64,000 nt of DNA. It comes from Candidatus Kapaibacterium sp. Its GTDB lineage: Bacteria > Bacteroidota > Ignavibacteria > Kapaibacteriales > UBA2268. Every line of letters begins with the position of its first letter. Position 1 is the stretch's first letter. Shown here in pieces: positions 8,938-19,722 of this stretch. Location: contig OY762428.1 of the NCBI GenBank assembly GCA_963665665.1, forward strand, positions 544,001 to 608,000. Reading direction: 5' to 3'. The position numbers were made by a program, and so were the translations under genes. The notes below the pieces were generated by a model, which was not told the origin of the DNA, searched no databases, and saw only the letters and a program-made list of their open reading frames with translations.

Positions 8938-9335
8938 TGGGACAGATATTTAACAGAATTAAAAGAATAATTAGAACTGAATGGGGACAGGCTTCTTACA
9001 AAGGCAGAAATATTTTCGAAGAAGAGGATGAAGAGTTAAGACGAATTATCGACGAATTGAATAATGACCGAACAGATGAAAAATCCGATTCTGAAACTAA
9101 AAGGGAATATTATTCAAATCCGGATGTAAAATATAATGCAGCCTGCTCTGTTCTCGGGGTTCAATCGGATGCAGATATTAAAGAAATCAAAGCTGCATAT
9201 AAAAATCTGATAAGAAAATATCATCCGGACAGGGCACATAAACTTGATGATGCAGGAAAATCAGAAGCAGAAAGAAAATCTCGTGAAATTAATTCTGCTT
9301 ATGATTATATTCGTAAAGTGAAAGGATTGAAATAA
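8934..9335 (+). CDS. Protein with C-terminal J-domain (DjlA-like)
   Basis: VLGV...[13 protein letters not shown]...INSAY. Confidence 0.88.
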   Translation: MMGQIFNRIKRIIRTEWGQASYKGRNIFEEEDEELRRIIDELNNDRTDEKSDSETKREYYSNPDVKYNAACSVLGVQSDADIKEIKAAYKNLIRKYHPDRAHKLDDAGKSEAERKSREINSAYDYIRKVKGLK

Positions 9336-9345
9336 AGGTGACGGA

Positions 9346-9849
9346 ATGAAGAAGATCATAATTGAAATAATAATAATTATTGCCATTTCAGGAATTGTGG
9401 CCATTGCCTATAACGCGACTACAGAAAGGCCCCTGGAATTAATTAAAAAAAGCCTGGACGAAAGATATATCAAGGAAGACCTGCTTTTTGACGAATCCTT
9501 CGAAGCTACTCCTGAAAGTTTAGAGAACACGCTTAGCTATCGCCACATGCTGAAAATAGTCAGGCATCCCGACGTGCTTATTATCGATGCAAGAACTCCT
9601 GAAAATTTTGAAAAGAACAAAATTGGCGATGCTATTAATATTTATCCCTACATGGATGAATCTGAATATTTCGAACAAATAATGATGCTTCCGCGAGATA
9701 AAATTATTATACTTTATTGCGACGGCGGAACCTGCGACCTGAGCCATAACGTAGCATCGGATATGCTCAATTTCGGTTTTAAAAGAGTTTTTCTCTATTA
9801 CGGCGGCTGGGAGGAATGGGCCAAAGAAAAAGGTATTGCCGGCTTATAA
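9346..9849 (+). CDS. Membrane-anchored rhodanese-like domain protein
   Basis: N-terminal TM; IIDART, ILYCDG..C..S, YYGGWEEW. Confidence 0.88.
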   Translation: MKKIIIEIIIIIAISGIVAIAYNATTERPLELIKKSLDERYIKEDLLFDESFEATPESLENTLSYRHMLKIVRHPDVLIIDARTPENFEKNKIGDAINIYPYMDESEYFEQIMMLPRDKIIILYCDGGTCDLSHNVASDMLNFGFKRVFLYYGGWEEWAKEKGIAGL

Positions 9850-9883
9850 TTTATTATTATGTTAATTCATCAAATTAGTTAAA

Positions 9884-11089
9884 ATGTCATTTGTTCAAAG
9901 AGACGATTACTCGAACCTGCTGAAATTAAAATACGGTATTATCGGTGATTCGGCTGAAATGACCGAGGCCGTGAATATGCTTCTACAGGCTGCCCCGACA
10001 GACCTGACAATACTTGTTACAGGCGAGACCGGTACCGGCAAGGAATTATTTGCCCAGGCAATACACGGCGAAAGCAAGAGGAATAAAATGCCTTTCGTAA
10101 GCGTTAATTGCGGAGCTATACCGGAAACTCTACTGGAATCTGAACTTTTCGGGCATGAAAAAGGTGCATTTACAGGTGCTACCGACCAGAGAAAAGGCTT
10201 TTTTGAAGTTGCAGACAAGGGGACAATTTTCCTTGATGAAATTGGAGAAATGCCCGTTGGAACACAGGTAAAACTACTCAGGGTATTGGAATCCGGCGAG
10301 TTCTCCAGGCTGGGTTCTTCAAAGGTTCACAGGGTTGATGTAAGAGTTATAGCCGCCACAAACAGACTGCTCGAAGAAGAAGTCAGGGACGGGAACTTCC
10401 GTCAGGATCTGTTTTTCAGGCTGAAATCGGTACATATTATACTTCCACCCCTCCGTAAACATTCTGATGATATAAAGCAGCTTTCAACTTTCTTTGCTGA
10501 GAAAACAGCCAAGAAGATATCAAGAGATTTCGAAGGTATATCTCTGGAAGCACTAAACATTTTAAAATCACTTCACTGGCCCGGGAATGTTCGTGAGCTA
10601 AAAAACATGATGGAAACAATTGTAACTCTTGAAAAAGGGGCATTCATTACTCCTGCGATTCTTTCAAAATATCTTCCCCGCGCCCTGCCGGCACATTCAA
10701 TGGAAAATATTCCTAAAGAATCTTCGATAGTTCCAATTGAACAGGAAGACGCTTTCGGTAAGATGGAACTGGGCCTTATTTTTAAAACACTTCTGGAACT
10801 TAAAAGCGATATTGGCGATATTAAAAACGGCATGAAGGCTTTGAATTGGAAAATTGAGGAATTGCAGGACAAAGAGGAATCTGTTCCGTATAATGTGATA
10901 AAAGAAACCGAGAGTATAGAGGAATACTTAGAAAATACCGATGATTTCCGGCTGGATGATATGGAAGCAAGGCTTATAAGGGCCGCCCTGCACAGGTATG
11001 ACGGAAACCGAAGGCTTGCTGCTCAGTCACTTGGCATAAGCGAAAGAACATTATATCGGAAAATTTCTGATTATGATATTGAAGTGTAG
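9884..11089 (+). CDS. Sigma-54-dependent AAA+ activator with Fis HTH and no receiver domain
   Basis: GETGTGKE, GAFTGA, FLDEIGE, WPGNVREL; C-terminal AAQSLGISERTLYRK. Confidence 0.93.
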   Translation: MSFVQRDDYSNLLKLKYGIIGDSAEMTEAVNMLLQAAPTDLTILVTGETGTGKELFAQAIHGESKRNKMPFVSVNCGAIPETLLESELFGHEKGAFTGATDQRKGFFEVADKGTIFLDEIGEMPVGTQVKLLRVLESGEFSRLGSSKVHRVDVRVIAATNRLLEEEVRDGNFRQDLFFRLKSVHIILPPLRKHSDDIKQLSTFFAEKTAKKISRDFEGISLEALNILKSLHWPGNVRELKNMMETIVTLEKGAFITPAILSKYLPRALPAHSMENIPKESSIVPIEQEDAFGKMELGLIFKTLLELKSDIGDIKNGMKALNWKIEELQDKEESVPYNVIKETESIEEYLENTDDFRLDDMEARLIRAALHRYDGNRRLAAQSLGISERTLYRKISDYDIEV

Positions 11090-11238
11090 TTGAAGGAATG
11101 GACTCGTAAGGTTTTTTATTCAATAATACCCAATGAATTTCCAAAGTTAATTCGCCGCCAATTCTGTCGGGGATTTTTCTTATTTTTGTATTCTGTTTTA
11201 ATAACATTCGTATTTTATTGAAAATAAATAAGCTATAA

Positions 11239-12507
11239 ATGAACAATAATAATAGTAAAATTGAGATAATGTCGCCGGCGGGTTCTTATGAATCTCTCCA
11301 TGCTGCAATACAGGGTGGAGCAGGATCGGTATATTTCGGAGCCGGAAAACTTAATATGCGGTCTCGTTCTTCTAAGAATTTTACCATTGCAGACCTAAAA
11401 AACATTGCATCTATATGCGATGAAAACGTCGTTAGATCATACCTGGCACTGAATACTGTGATTTATGACCATGAAATGGGAGATATGGCAGAAATGATTG
11501 ACGCTGCAAAGGAAAGCGGAATCTCGGCAATAATCGCCACCGACCAGGCAGTAATTAATTATTGCAGGGAAGTAGGGATGGAAGTGCATATTTCCACACA
11601 GCTTAATGTAAGTAATACCGAAGCCGTGAAATTCTACTCTCAATTTGCTGATGTGATGGTTCTTGCCCGAGAACTGAATCTGGACCAATGGCGGGTAATT
11701 GCCGAAAACATCAAAAGTATGAATATTACAGGCCCTTCAGGAAAACCTGTTCAGCTTGAAGTTTTTGTTCATGGTGCTCTTTGCATGTCTATTTCCGGGA
11801 AATGCTACCTGAGCCTGCATGAGAAAAATTATTCGGCGAACCGCGGTGCATGCCTGCAAACATGCCGCCGTTCATACACTGTTCAGGATACTACTTCAGA
11901 CACCGAGCTGGAAATTGATAATGAGTACATTATGTCACCGAAGGATCTCTGCACGATAAGCTTTCTTGACAGGATACTCGATGCAGGAATCACCGTGCTG
12001 AAAATTGAAGGCCGCGGACGCTCTCCCGAATATGTAAAAACCGTAACAGAATGCTACCACGAAGCAGTTGAAGCTTATTTTGATAATTCCTTCAGTGAGG
12101 AAAAAGTTAAAGAATGGGAAGAAAGGCTTGGCACTGTATTCAACCGGGGATTCTGGGACGGCTACTACCTTGGCAGGAGGACGGGCGAATGGACAGACAG
12201 CTACGGCAACCTGGCAACACAGACAAAAGAATATATTGCAAAAACTCTTCATTTCTATAAGAAGATAAGTGTCGGCGTTTTCAGGATACAGACAGGCGAG
12301 CTGAATATTGGCGATAAAATACTGATAACAGGCCCTACAAGCGGCGTGGTGGAAACAGAAATCAAAGAGCTGAGAATTGACGAGCAGGTTGTTGAAAAAG
12401 CCGTGAAAGGCGATGTCGTATCAATTCACCTGCCATCAACGGTGCGCCAATCGGATAAACTATTCAAAATCATCAGCAGGAATATCAATGACCGAAAAAA
12501 TAAATAA
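11239..12507 (+). CDS. Peptidase U32 family protein (TrhP/RlhA-like)
   Basis: SPAG, HGALCMSISGKC, NRGACLQTCR, LKIEGR motifs. Confidence 0.9.
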   Translation: MNNNNSKIEIMSPAGSYESLHAAIQGGAGSVYFGAGKLNMRSRSSKNFTIADLKNIASICDENVVRSYLALNTVIYDHEMGDMAEMIDAAKESGISAIIATDQAVINYCREVGMEVHISTQLNVSNTEAVKFYSQFADVMVLARELNLDQWRVIAENIKSMNITGPSGKPVQLEVFVHGALCMSISGKCYLSLHEKNYSANRGACLQTCRRSYTVQDTTSDTELEIDNEYIMSPKDLCTISFLDRILDAGITVLKIEGRGRSPEYVKTVTECYHEAVEAYFDNSFSEEKVKEWEERLGTVFNRGFWDGYYLGRRTGEWTDSYGNLATQTKEYIAKTLHFYKKISVGVFRIQTGELNIGDKILITGPTSGVVETEIKELRIDEQVVEKAVKGDVVSIHLPSTVRQSDKLFKIISRNINDRKNK

Positions 12508-12742
12508 ACTGAGAGCTGAAATTGATTCCCTCGACAACCGGATAGTTGAGCTTATCGTCCGCAGGCTTGATATTTCCCGCGGGATAATAAAGGAAAAGCA
12601 ATCTCTTGGAATAGACGCACGAGATAAAAAAAGAGAAGCGGATATAATTTCAAAATTATCCGGTGAATCCGGCCTGGATATTGATTTAGTCTGGAAAATA
12701 TTCCAGAGTATATTTGATTATGCCGTTCGTGGTGGTAAGTAG
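12488..12742 (+). CDS. Chorismate mutase (AroQ type)
   Basis: LRAEIDSLD.RIVELI.RR...K...D.KRE; start at ATG 12488 overlapping the U32 gene end. Confidence 0.8.
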   Translation: MTEKINKLRAEIDSLDNRIVELIVRRLDISRGIIKEKQSLGIDARDKKREADIISKLSGESGLDIDLVWKIFQSIFDYAVRGGK

Positions 12743-12850
12743 AGGCTGAAGTTATATTAGTACTCCTTCCCAATCCCTGCTCCTTCTGGTTAGCTAAGAT
12801 TCCTCCCCCGGCCTGGCGGCCACCCCCTCGTTGAGAGGGACAGTTTCGAT

Positions 12851-12964
12851 CCTCCTTCCCAAGTTGCACTTGGTAAGGAACATTTCCTGCAAAGTTATAC
12901 TTTGGAATTCCGAAGCTAAGCTTCACAAGAAATTGAAATTACCAAGTACAACTTGGTAATAAGG
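12851..12964. repeat. ~115-bp multi-hairpin MITE/REPIN-like repeat, copy B (preceded by a CCCCCTC-type hairpin at ~12802-12840)
   Basis: Inverted homologue of 1661-1775; lies between convergent genes. Confidence 0.8.
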
Positions 12965-12987
12965 AAGAAAAGAGAATAATAATATTC

Positions 12988-13464
12988 TCAAATAAGCTTG
13001 TGAATCACGTTGGTTACCACTCCCCATACCTCGAAATTCATCTCTTTTGTGATTCTGATTGGCTGGTATATTTCATTTTCAGGGTAAAGCCAGATTTTCT
13101 CTCCGTCGAGAACAAGGCGTTTTACTGTCAGCTCACCGTCGATAACGCCGATAACGATATTACCGTCCTTAGGTTGAAGTGACCTGTCTACAACAAGTAT
13201 ATCATTACCATGAATTCCTGCATTAAGCATTGAATCACCGGTTACCCTGACAAAAAATGTGGCAGTAGGGTTTTGCACCAAATAATCATTCAGGTCGAGC
13301 CTTTTTTCAAGATAGTCATCCGCAGGAGAAGGGAAACCGGCAGAAACCGACTCCAGGAATAGCGGAAAATCCTTCTTAGGAGCTTGAGGATCGGGACTAA
13401 AAATATCAAGCACTTCCACCCTGTCCTCATTTTTCAGATCGAATATATGGTTTTTCTTTCTCAT
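12988..13464 (-). CDS. umuD: UmuD-like S24 autoprotease (Pol V subunit)
   Basis: VSAGFPSPADDY cleavage site, GDSM catalytic Ser, TVKRL catalytic Lys; no HTH. Confidence 0.88.
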   Translation of the reverse strand: MRKKNHIFDLKNEDRVEVLDIFSPDPQAPKKDFPLFLESVSAGFPSPADDYLEKRLDLNDYLVQNPTATFFVRVTGDSMLNAGIHGNDILVVDRSLQPKDGNIVIGVIDGELTVKRLVLDGEKIWLYPENEIYQPIRITKEMNFEVWGVVTNVIHKLI

Positions 13465-13485
13465 ATTCTATAGCTTATAATTTAT

Positions 13486-13514
13486 CCTTCCGAAGGATTC
13501 AATCCTTCGGAAGG
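13486..13514. repeat. Perfect palindrome CCTTCCGAAGGATT-C-AATCCTTCGGAAGG (REP-like)
   Basis: 14-bp arms with a 1-nt centre; related half-site AAACCTTCGGAAGGTTT at 28445-28461. Confidence 0.75.
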
Positions 13515-13532
13515 TTTAAAAAATCATACCAT

Positions 13533-14438
13533 CTACTTACCGATAAACAGCGGAGGACTGTTCTTACTGTTTCCCATAAGAATTATTTTGGCGTTAGGAG
13601 ATTTGGCAAGTTCCCTTTGAACTTTGATATATTCGAACTGGAGCACCTTGTCGGTAAGCGCCTGAGCCACTATTCTCTGAGCATCGGCATTACCCTTTGC
13701 TTCAACACGTTTACGTTCGGCTTCCTGCTCTTCCTTCTGAAGTACATATTTCATTCTCTGTGCTTCCTGTACTGCAGTTATCTTTCTTTCGATACTCTGC
13801 TTCACAGAATTGGGAAGGTTGATCTTACGAATAAGAAGCTGTTCAAGAATCAGGCCCCTGGTTTCGAAATCTTTTTCAATAGCAGTTCTGATCTTTGATT
13901 CGAATTCTTCTCTTGCATCCGAGTAAAGTGATGTTGCGTCATAATAAACAGCAGTTTCCCTCATTTTTGTCCTGGTTATCGGCCGAATAACCTTTGCTTC
14001 ATAGTCCAGGCCGATGGTTTGATAAATAGAAGGAGCTTTAAGGTCGATGATCCTGTACAGGATTGTAAGATCGATGATCACTTCAAGCCCGTCACGGCTT
14101 AGCACGCGGATGGCATCATCGCCTACCTGTTGTCCTTCATTTGAAGTCGATGACATTGTATAATTCTGAGTTCTTACGCTCATTGTTTCAACATCAACCA
14201 GAGGGTTCACAACATTAAGACCCTCGTAAAGGATTCTGTCTTCAACTTTTCCGAACAGAACCTGTACACCTACCATACCGGGATCGATCTGCCTTACTGC
14301 AGAAGTACCAAACCCAACAATCATTACGATAATACCGCCAATCTTAAGCAAAGTCCTGAAACGATAAACCGGACTGTTTGAGGAAGCACCGAAAATACCG
14401 ACTAACAAAGCAATTAATCCAAGTATTATTAATCCCAT
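13533..14438 (-). CDS. SPFH/prohibitin family membrane protein
   Basis: Two N-terminal TMs; GVQVLFGKV, EGL..VNP, coiled-coil AERKRVEAKG. Confidence 0.92.
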   Translation of the reverse strand: MGLIILGLIALLVGIFGASSNSPVYRFRTLLKIGGIIVMIVGFGTSAVRQIDPGMVGVQVLFGKVEDRILYEGLNVVNPLVDVETMSVRTQNYTMSSTSNEGQQVGDDAIRVLSRDGLEVIIDLTILYRIIDLKAPSIYQTIGLDYEAKVIRPITRTKMRETAVYYDATSLYSDAREEFESKIRTAIEKDFETRGLILEQLLIRKINLPNSVKQSIERKITAVQEAQRMKYVLQKEEQEAERKRVEAKGNADAQRIVAQALTDKVLQFEYIKVQRELAKSPNAKIILMGNSKNSPPLFIGK

Positions 14439-14530
14439 TTTTTTCCCTGATAATAATCAATAAAAATTTCTATCTCACACGAATAGCCAAGTTAATTATT
14501 TAGTTTCAGAAATGAAAACGTATAAAAATA

Positions 14531-14560
14531 AAAAAGGGAGCCTGAAAGCTCCCTTTTTTT
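14531..14560. terminator. Intrinsic terminator (bidirectional)
   Basis: AAAAAGGGAGC-CTGAAA-GCTCCCTTTTTTT downstream of the Pi transporter. Confidence 0.8.
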
Positions 14561-14574
14561 ACAATATGATCAGT

Positions 14575-16830
14575 TTAGTTATTCTTGCCCATGCTGGCAT
14601 ATCCCTTCATCGTAGTCTTATATAAGTCACGGGATGCTTCCATCACAGCCTGAATATCGGTAATATTGTCAAGGAAAAGCCTGCTTCTCTTAATATTAGC
14701 TGTAGAATGCCTTACTCTTTCAAGCTGATTTTTGTAAAATATTTTCGATCTCTTTGTGTAGAGGTCAAAATACTCTGTTATTTTTTCAGTTTTGTCAAAT
14801 TTCAGAGTTTCAATTGATTCAAAGATCGGCATCAAAGTTGTATTAACATCATTACCAACTTCAATCAATTCGTTAATCTGATCTTCCGTCAGAGGCGAAT
14901 GATTGTTGTCCAGATAATTATAATTCTGCTCTGCAAGATGGAACAGGTTTTCGGTAAGTCTCCCGATAGCAGCAAATGTTGCGGCATAATTCGGTGTTGC
15001 TATAAGGTCCCGGTCTGTTTCCAGACGAGCCATTTTAATAAGATCGTTGATAAGATAGCCATTAGCCCTGCGTAATTTTTTAGCTTTTTTTCTGGCTTTC
15101 TTAAGTGTTTTCAAATTCTGATTGAAAAGTCCGGCATGAGAAGAGCGGATGATTTCACCGGAGGTTTTAATCATTTTACCAATATTTGTAATCAGTTCAA
15201 CAGTTTCTTCTTCAGGCGTTTTTGTATCCTTGCTGCTTGCCTGTACTTCTTCTTCTTCTTCTTCCATTGCACGTTTTTTATGAGTTACTTTTGACCTGAT
15301 TACAACGGTTGCTGATATTACGGCCATTCCAAGTAAACCATATACTTCAAGGTAGTAGAGAATAAATGCAATTACAAAAGCTACAGCAGAAGCCATGAGC
15401 GCAGTCAGGAACCATCCGCCAATAACCGTAAGAACACCGGATACCCTGTAAACAGCTGTTTCCCTGCCCCATGCTTTATCCGGAAGGGCAGCTGCCATAG
15501 CCACGATAAATGTAACATAAGTTGTTGAAAGCGGGAGCTTAAGTGAAGTGGCGAAAGAGATTATTGCTGCTGAAACCATAAGAATAACAGAAGCACGAAC
15601 AAGGTCGAATGCCGGTACTTCCCCGTCTTTAGCTTTCACTGGTTTATAATTTTTAAGGTCGAACCTGGCAGAAATCTTTTTACTAATAGGTTCAGGTGTA
15701 ATTTTTTTAATAATATCAAAAAGAACGATAACCATTCTTACAATACCGCGAGCCATAGCATTGGATTCGAAACGTTCCACACCTTCGTTCTGGCTGCCAA
15801 GGCTTATCGTGGTTTTTGTAACCGACCTGGCTTTTTTGGAAATATATAATGTACCAACCATTATAGCTCCGGAAAGAAGCAATAGCCATGTATTTGCCTT
15901 GAAGGGTTCAGATAGAGCCTCCATCGTTGCCGTAAGGGGATCGCCACCGGAAGCATGAGCTATCTGATACGTATTTAAACCGGCAAGAGGTGCGCCAATA
16001 AAATTAACAAGATCATTCGCAGCAAATGCCATAGCCAGCGAGAAAGTACCAATTAGAACGATGACTTTCAGAATATTAATTTTTGTGAACCACATCAATA
16101 ACTGGAGTAATACAACCCAGCCGACGAAACTATAAATCGATACTAATCCAAGATTTGATTTAATCCAGGTTGATACATCAGCAGTCATGAATGATGCACC
16201 TTTAGCGCCTTTCAGAATAATAAAAAATGTAATACAAGTCAGGGCCAGGCCACCCCACAGGGAACCCCAGCGTTTGAATTTTTTCTCGAAATCAAATGTA
16301 AACAGCATTCTGGTCAGGTACTGAATCAAACTGCCAACAATAAATGCTACAACAATGGACAGGAATATCCCGGATACAATTTTAATAACATTGGCTGAAT
16401 TGATATAAGTAAATATCTGGCCAAAATCAGCTCCTGCATCCGTTATCTTAATTACAGACATAGCCAGAGCACTGCCAAAAAGTCCGAATACGATAGAAAC
16501 GGTTGTTGATGTAGGAAGGCCGAAAGTATTGTACAAATCTAAAAGTAATAAATCCTGGAACATAACTGCCGTGAATATTACCAGCAGTTCCGCCATCAGG
16601 AAATACTGAGGATTGAAAATTCCCTTCCTGGCTACCTCCATCAGGCCGCTGGAAAAAGTAACACCGGCCATAACACCCAGAGCTGCTACAACCATTATCA
16701 CCTTGAAGCTTGCTGCTTTCGATCCTATAGCCGAGCTAAGAAAATTAACAGCATCATTTGCCACACCAACGGTTAGATCCATTACTGCAAGCAGCAGTAG
16801 TATCACCACGAAAATCAGATATTGATCCAC
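14575..16830 (-). CDS. Inorganic phosphate transporter (PiT family) with helical PhoU-like C-terminus
   Basis: GVANDAVN, PTSTT, FAANDLVN, PLSTT motifs; multiple TMs; GTG start. Confidence 0.9.
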   Translation of the reverse strand: MDQYLIFVVILLLLAVMDLTVGVANDAVNFLSSAIGSKAASFKVIMVVAALGVMAGVTFSSGLMEVARKGIFNPQYFLMAELLVIFTAVMFQDLLLLDLYNTFGLPTSTTVSIVFGLFGSALAMSVIKITDAGADFGQIFTYINSANVIKIVSGIFLSIVVAFIVGSLIQYLTRMLFTFDFEKKFKRWGSLWGGLALTCITFFIILKGAKGASFMTADVSTWIKSNLGLVSIYSFVGWVVLLQLLMWFTKINILKVIVLIGTFSLAMAFAANDLVNFIGAPLAGLNTYQIAHASGGDPLTATMEALSEPFKANTWLLLLSGAIMVGTLYISKKARSVTKTTISLGSQNEGVERFESNAMARGIVRMVIVLFDIIKKITPEPISKKISARFDLKNYKPVKAKDGEVPAFDLVRASVILMVSAAIISFATSLKLPLSTTYVTFIVAMAAALPDKAWGRETAVYRVSGVLTVIGGWFLTALMASAVAFVIAFILYYLEVYGLLGMAVISATVVIRSKVTHKKRAMEEEEEEVQASSKDTKTPEEETVELITNIGKMIKTSGEIIRSSHAGLFNQNLKTLKKARKKAKKLRRANGYLINDLIKMARLETDRDLIATPNYAATFAAIGRLTENLFHLAEQNYNYLDNNHSPLTEDQINELIEVGNDVNTTLMPIFESIETLKFDKTEKITEYFDLYTKRSKIFYKNQLERVRHSTANIKRSRLFLDNITDIQAVMEASRDLYKTTMKGYASMGKNN

Positions 16831-16956
16831 GCCCTAAACCTTGAATTTATTCATAAAATAAAGATATTTCAAAAAACATTTTCAAATATAAAAATAATTT
16901 CAATAGAGACTGTTAAGATTCCTTAACATTGAAATTTTCTGAAAAAAAAAATAATT

Positions 16957-18120
16957 CTATGAATTTTTATGCTTAACTTTCAAGTCATTTAGAATTTTTA
17001 CCGTAATATTGTCGCAAAATGCAAATCCCTGTGCCGTAAGTTTCACCATGCAGTTCGAAGATACTAATAAATCATCAAAATATCCACTATTAAAATATTT
17101 TAATAGCCTGCTAACGGATGAACCGGTCAATTTTGATAAATCATTCAGATTGATTCCTTCAGCTCTTAATCCAAGGTAAATAATCTCGAAAAAGATGTCT
17201 TCCTTCGACAGCTGTTCATATTTTTCTACCGGCAATTGTTCCGTATTGATCTCCCGGATATATTTATGAATATCAGGAAAATTTGAATACCTTTGGCCAT
17301 TAATAAATCCATGAGCAGCCGGGCCGAATCCGTAATACTCTTTGCGCCGCCAATAATTCAGGTTATGCCTGCATTCATATCCCGGCAGCGAATAATTTGA
17401 AATTTCATACTGATTCAGATTATTAGCAGACAGAAATTCGCCAGTGAAAAGATACATTTCAGAATCCGTATCATCGCTGACCGGGGTGATCTTTCCCTGC
17501 TGAAAAGATGAATACAGCGGTGTTCCCTTCTCGTAAATAAGACTATATGCAGAAATATGATCAGGAGCCAAAGCAACGGCTTTTTCAAGATTATTCTTCC
17601 ACGATACCATCTCCTGGCCGGGGAGTGAAGAAATCAGATCAATACTAATGTTTGCAAACCCCGCCTTTCTTGCTTTTTCGAATGACTTAACAGCAGTTCT
17701 GGAATCATGAATTCTTTGCAGAAATTTCAATTCTTTATCATCGAAGGACTGTACTCCCATACTAATACGATTTATTCCGCAAGCCAGCATTTTATTCAAC
17801 TTTTCAGCATCTAAAGTTCCGGGGTTAGCTTCTATCGTTATCTCGGCATCCGGAGCAATATCGAATTTATTCCATAATGCGAATAATATGGATTCAATTG
17901 CCTTATCCGATAATAACGAAGGTGTTCCCCCACCTATAAAAATTGTGCTGATAATTTCCTGCCGGGGCCTTTTGCCGGAATAGTACGCAATTTCTTTCAG
18001 TAACGAATTCAAATAGCTATCTGAATATGAAGTATCAGTTATAGAATAAAAATCGCAGTAAAAGCATTTGCTTCTGCAAAAAGGTACATGGATATATATT
18101 GACCGCTCTATTTTATCCAT
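16957..18120 (-). CDS. hemW: Radical SAM heme chaperone HemW
   Basis: YIHVPFCRSKCFYCDF, GGGTPS, YEISN, HNLNYW. Confidence 0.9.
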   Translation of the reverse strand: MDKIERSIYIHVPFCRSKCFYCDFYSITDTSYSDSYLNSLLKEIAYYSGKRPRQEIISTIFIGGGTPSLLSDKAIESILFALWNKFDIAPDAEITIEANPGTLDAEKLNKMLACGINRISMGVQSFDDKELKFLQRIHDSRTAVKSFEKARKAGFANISIDLISSLPGQEMVSWKNNLEKAVALAPDHISAYSLIYEKGTPLYSSFQQGKITPVSDDTDSEMYLFTGEFLSANNLNQYEISNYSLPGYECRHNLNYWRRKEYYGFGPAAHGFINGQRYSNFPDIHKYIREINTEQLPVEKYEQLSKEDIFFEIIYLGLRAEGINLNDLSKLTGSSVSRLLKYFNSGYFDDLLVSSNCMVKLTAQGFAFCDNITVKILNDLKVKHKNS

Positions 18121-18788
18121 TGGAAAATCCTGCCCGTTTTATGTGACCAATACACGAATAGCGGCTTGCCTATTATCATATCAGCGCTTATCAAACCGAA
18201 GTACCTTGAATCCCTGCTGTTATTAATATTATCACCAACAACGAAGTAACAATCTTCTTCAATAAGCATTTCATTACTTGCCAATCCATTGATAAAAACA
18301 ATACCATTTTTTATGTTAATTTTTTTTTGCTTCATTGAGATAATATTTCTAAAAAATGGTAAAACAGCTTCGTTCAAATCAATTTTATCTCCTTTTCCAG
18401 GTATGACAAGCAATAATGTATCCTTGCAGGTGATATCAGTAATATTCAATGGTATTGATCTGCCATTAATATTAACAATGCCTGAAAAACATTTCAAAGT
18501 GTCACGGGGTTTCCCCAATACCCTTTTAACCAGTGTATTTTTGCCTTCAGGATTATTAAAAACAATAACATCATTGCTGTCAGAATTTATTAACCCCGGG
18601 ATATAGTTTTTAATTATCAGCAGATTGTCCCCCTTATGTAACGCAGGGAACATTGATAAAGACATTACCCGGTAGAATCCAAAAACAAAAAATTTCAGGA
18701 ATAGAACTGCAAACAGCAGGAATAATAAAAGCCGGAAGGGCTTTATCAATTTTGAATCTATCCGCATCCGGCTCTTAAAAAATTTCAT
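18108..18788 (-). CDS. lepB: Signal peptidase I (second copy)
   Basis: SLSMFPAL..GD, LVKRV, GDN..NSRDSRYFG. Confidence 0.85.
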   Translation of the reverse strand: MKFFKSRMRIDSKLIKPFRLLLFLLFAVLFLKFFVFGFYRVMSLSMFPALHKGDNLLIIKNYIPGLINSDSNDVIVFNNPEGKNTLVKRVLGKPRDTLKCFSGIVNINGRSIPLNITDITCKDTLLLVIPGKGDKIDLNEAVLPFFRNIISMKQKKINIKNGIVFINGLASNEMLIEEDCYFVVGDNINNSRDSRYFGLISADMIIGKPLFVYWSHKTGRIFQWIK

Positions 18789-18794
18789 TTCATT

Positions 18795-19688
18795 TTAATC
18801 AATAAATGTAGCGATCCTGTTCCAGCGAATGGATTTGAATTTATCCACAAGATTACTGATCGGGCTGTTTGTATCCCATGACCAGTATACAACAATTGGC
18901 GAACCTACAATATCCTGAACCGGTATAAAGCCCCAGAATCGGCTGTCCAGGCTGTGATCTCGATTATCTCCCATTCCAAACACATAATCCCGCTCGACGG
19001 TATATTCATTCCTGACTTCTCCGTCAATCAGAATATTTACACCATCGGTTGTAACAGAGTGTCCTTCACGTGCAATAAATATCTTCCATTCAGGCAGAGT
19101 TTGCTTTGTCAGCTGTATTTTATCACCTTCTTTAGGAATTACTATAGGGCCGTAATTCTTTCTTGTCCAACCTTTGCCATACGGAAATGTATCAAATTTT
19201 TCTCTTGGAAGGTCCGGGTAATAATCGTCGTAGGTACCGTGTTCGGGCAATTTCGATTCTTTTCCGTTCACGTAAAGTTTATTGTTAATAATCTGAAGGG
19301 TATCTCCGGCCGTGGCAACACAGCGCTTTAGATAATACTGGAACTCATCAGCTTCTGCCTGATCTCTCATACCCGGAAAAACAAAAACTATCACATCACC
19401 TTTTTCCGGATCCATGATTGGTGGAAGTTTATAATAAGGCAGGGGAATATTGAAGAAAGGAATAACCTGGGGAGTTGAAGGCCCGTAAACAAATTTATTT
19501 ACAAAAAGAAAGTCGCCTGTCATCACAGTATTTTCCATCGACCCAGTAGGAACAACAAATGAAGCAATGGCAATACCATTAATTATCATAACAATAACAA
19601 TGGCACCGGCAATAGTTTTTATCCACGAGATCAGCCACTGGCCAAAACTCTGATTTTCCTTTTTTGATTTTGCTTTTTTCTTTGACAT
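18795..19688 (-). CDS. lepB: Signal peptidase I
   Basis: VPTGSMENT, YLKRC, GDNRDHSLDSRFWG; start set at MSKKK (19688). Confidence 0.93.
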   Translation of the reverse strand: MSKKKAKSKKENQSFGQWLISWIKTIAGAIVIVMIINGIAIASFVVPTGSMENTVMTGDFLFVNKFVYGPSTPQVIPFFNIPLPYYKLPPIMDPEKGDVIVFVFPGMRDQAEADEFQYYLKRCVATAGDTLQIINNKLYVNGKESKLPEHGTYDDYYPDLPREKFDTFPYGKGWTRKNYGPIVIPKEGDKIQLTKQTLPEWKIFIAREGHSVTTDGVNILIDGEVRNEYTVERDYVFGMGDNRDHSLDSRFWGFIPVQDIVGSPIVVYWSWDTNSPISNLVDKFKSIRWNRIATFID

Positions 19689-19722
19689 AATAATTTCTAC
19701 CTGAATATTTATCTTTTTTGAA

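Noticed and set aside
9884-11089. Sigma-54 activator lacking a sensory domain as a novelty
   Set aside because: Receiver-less activators of this form are common in Bacteroidota-related genomes.
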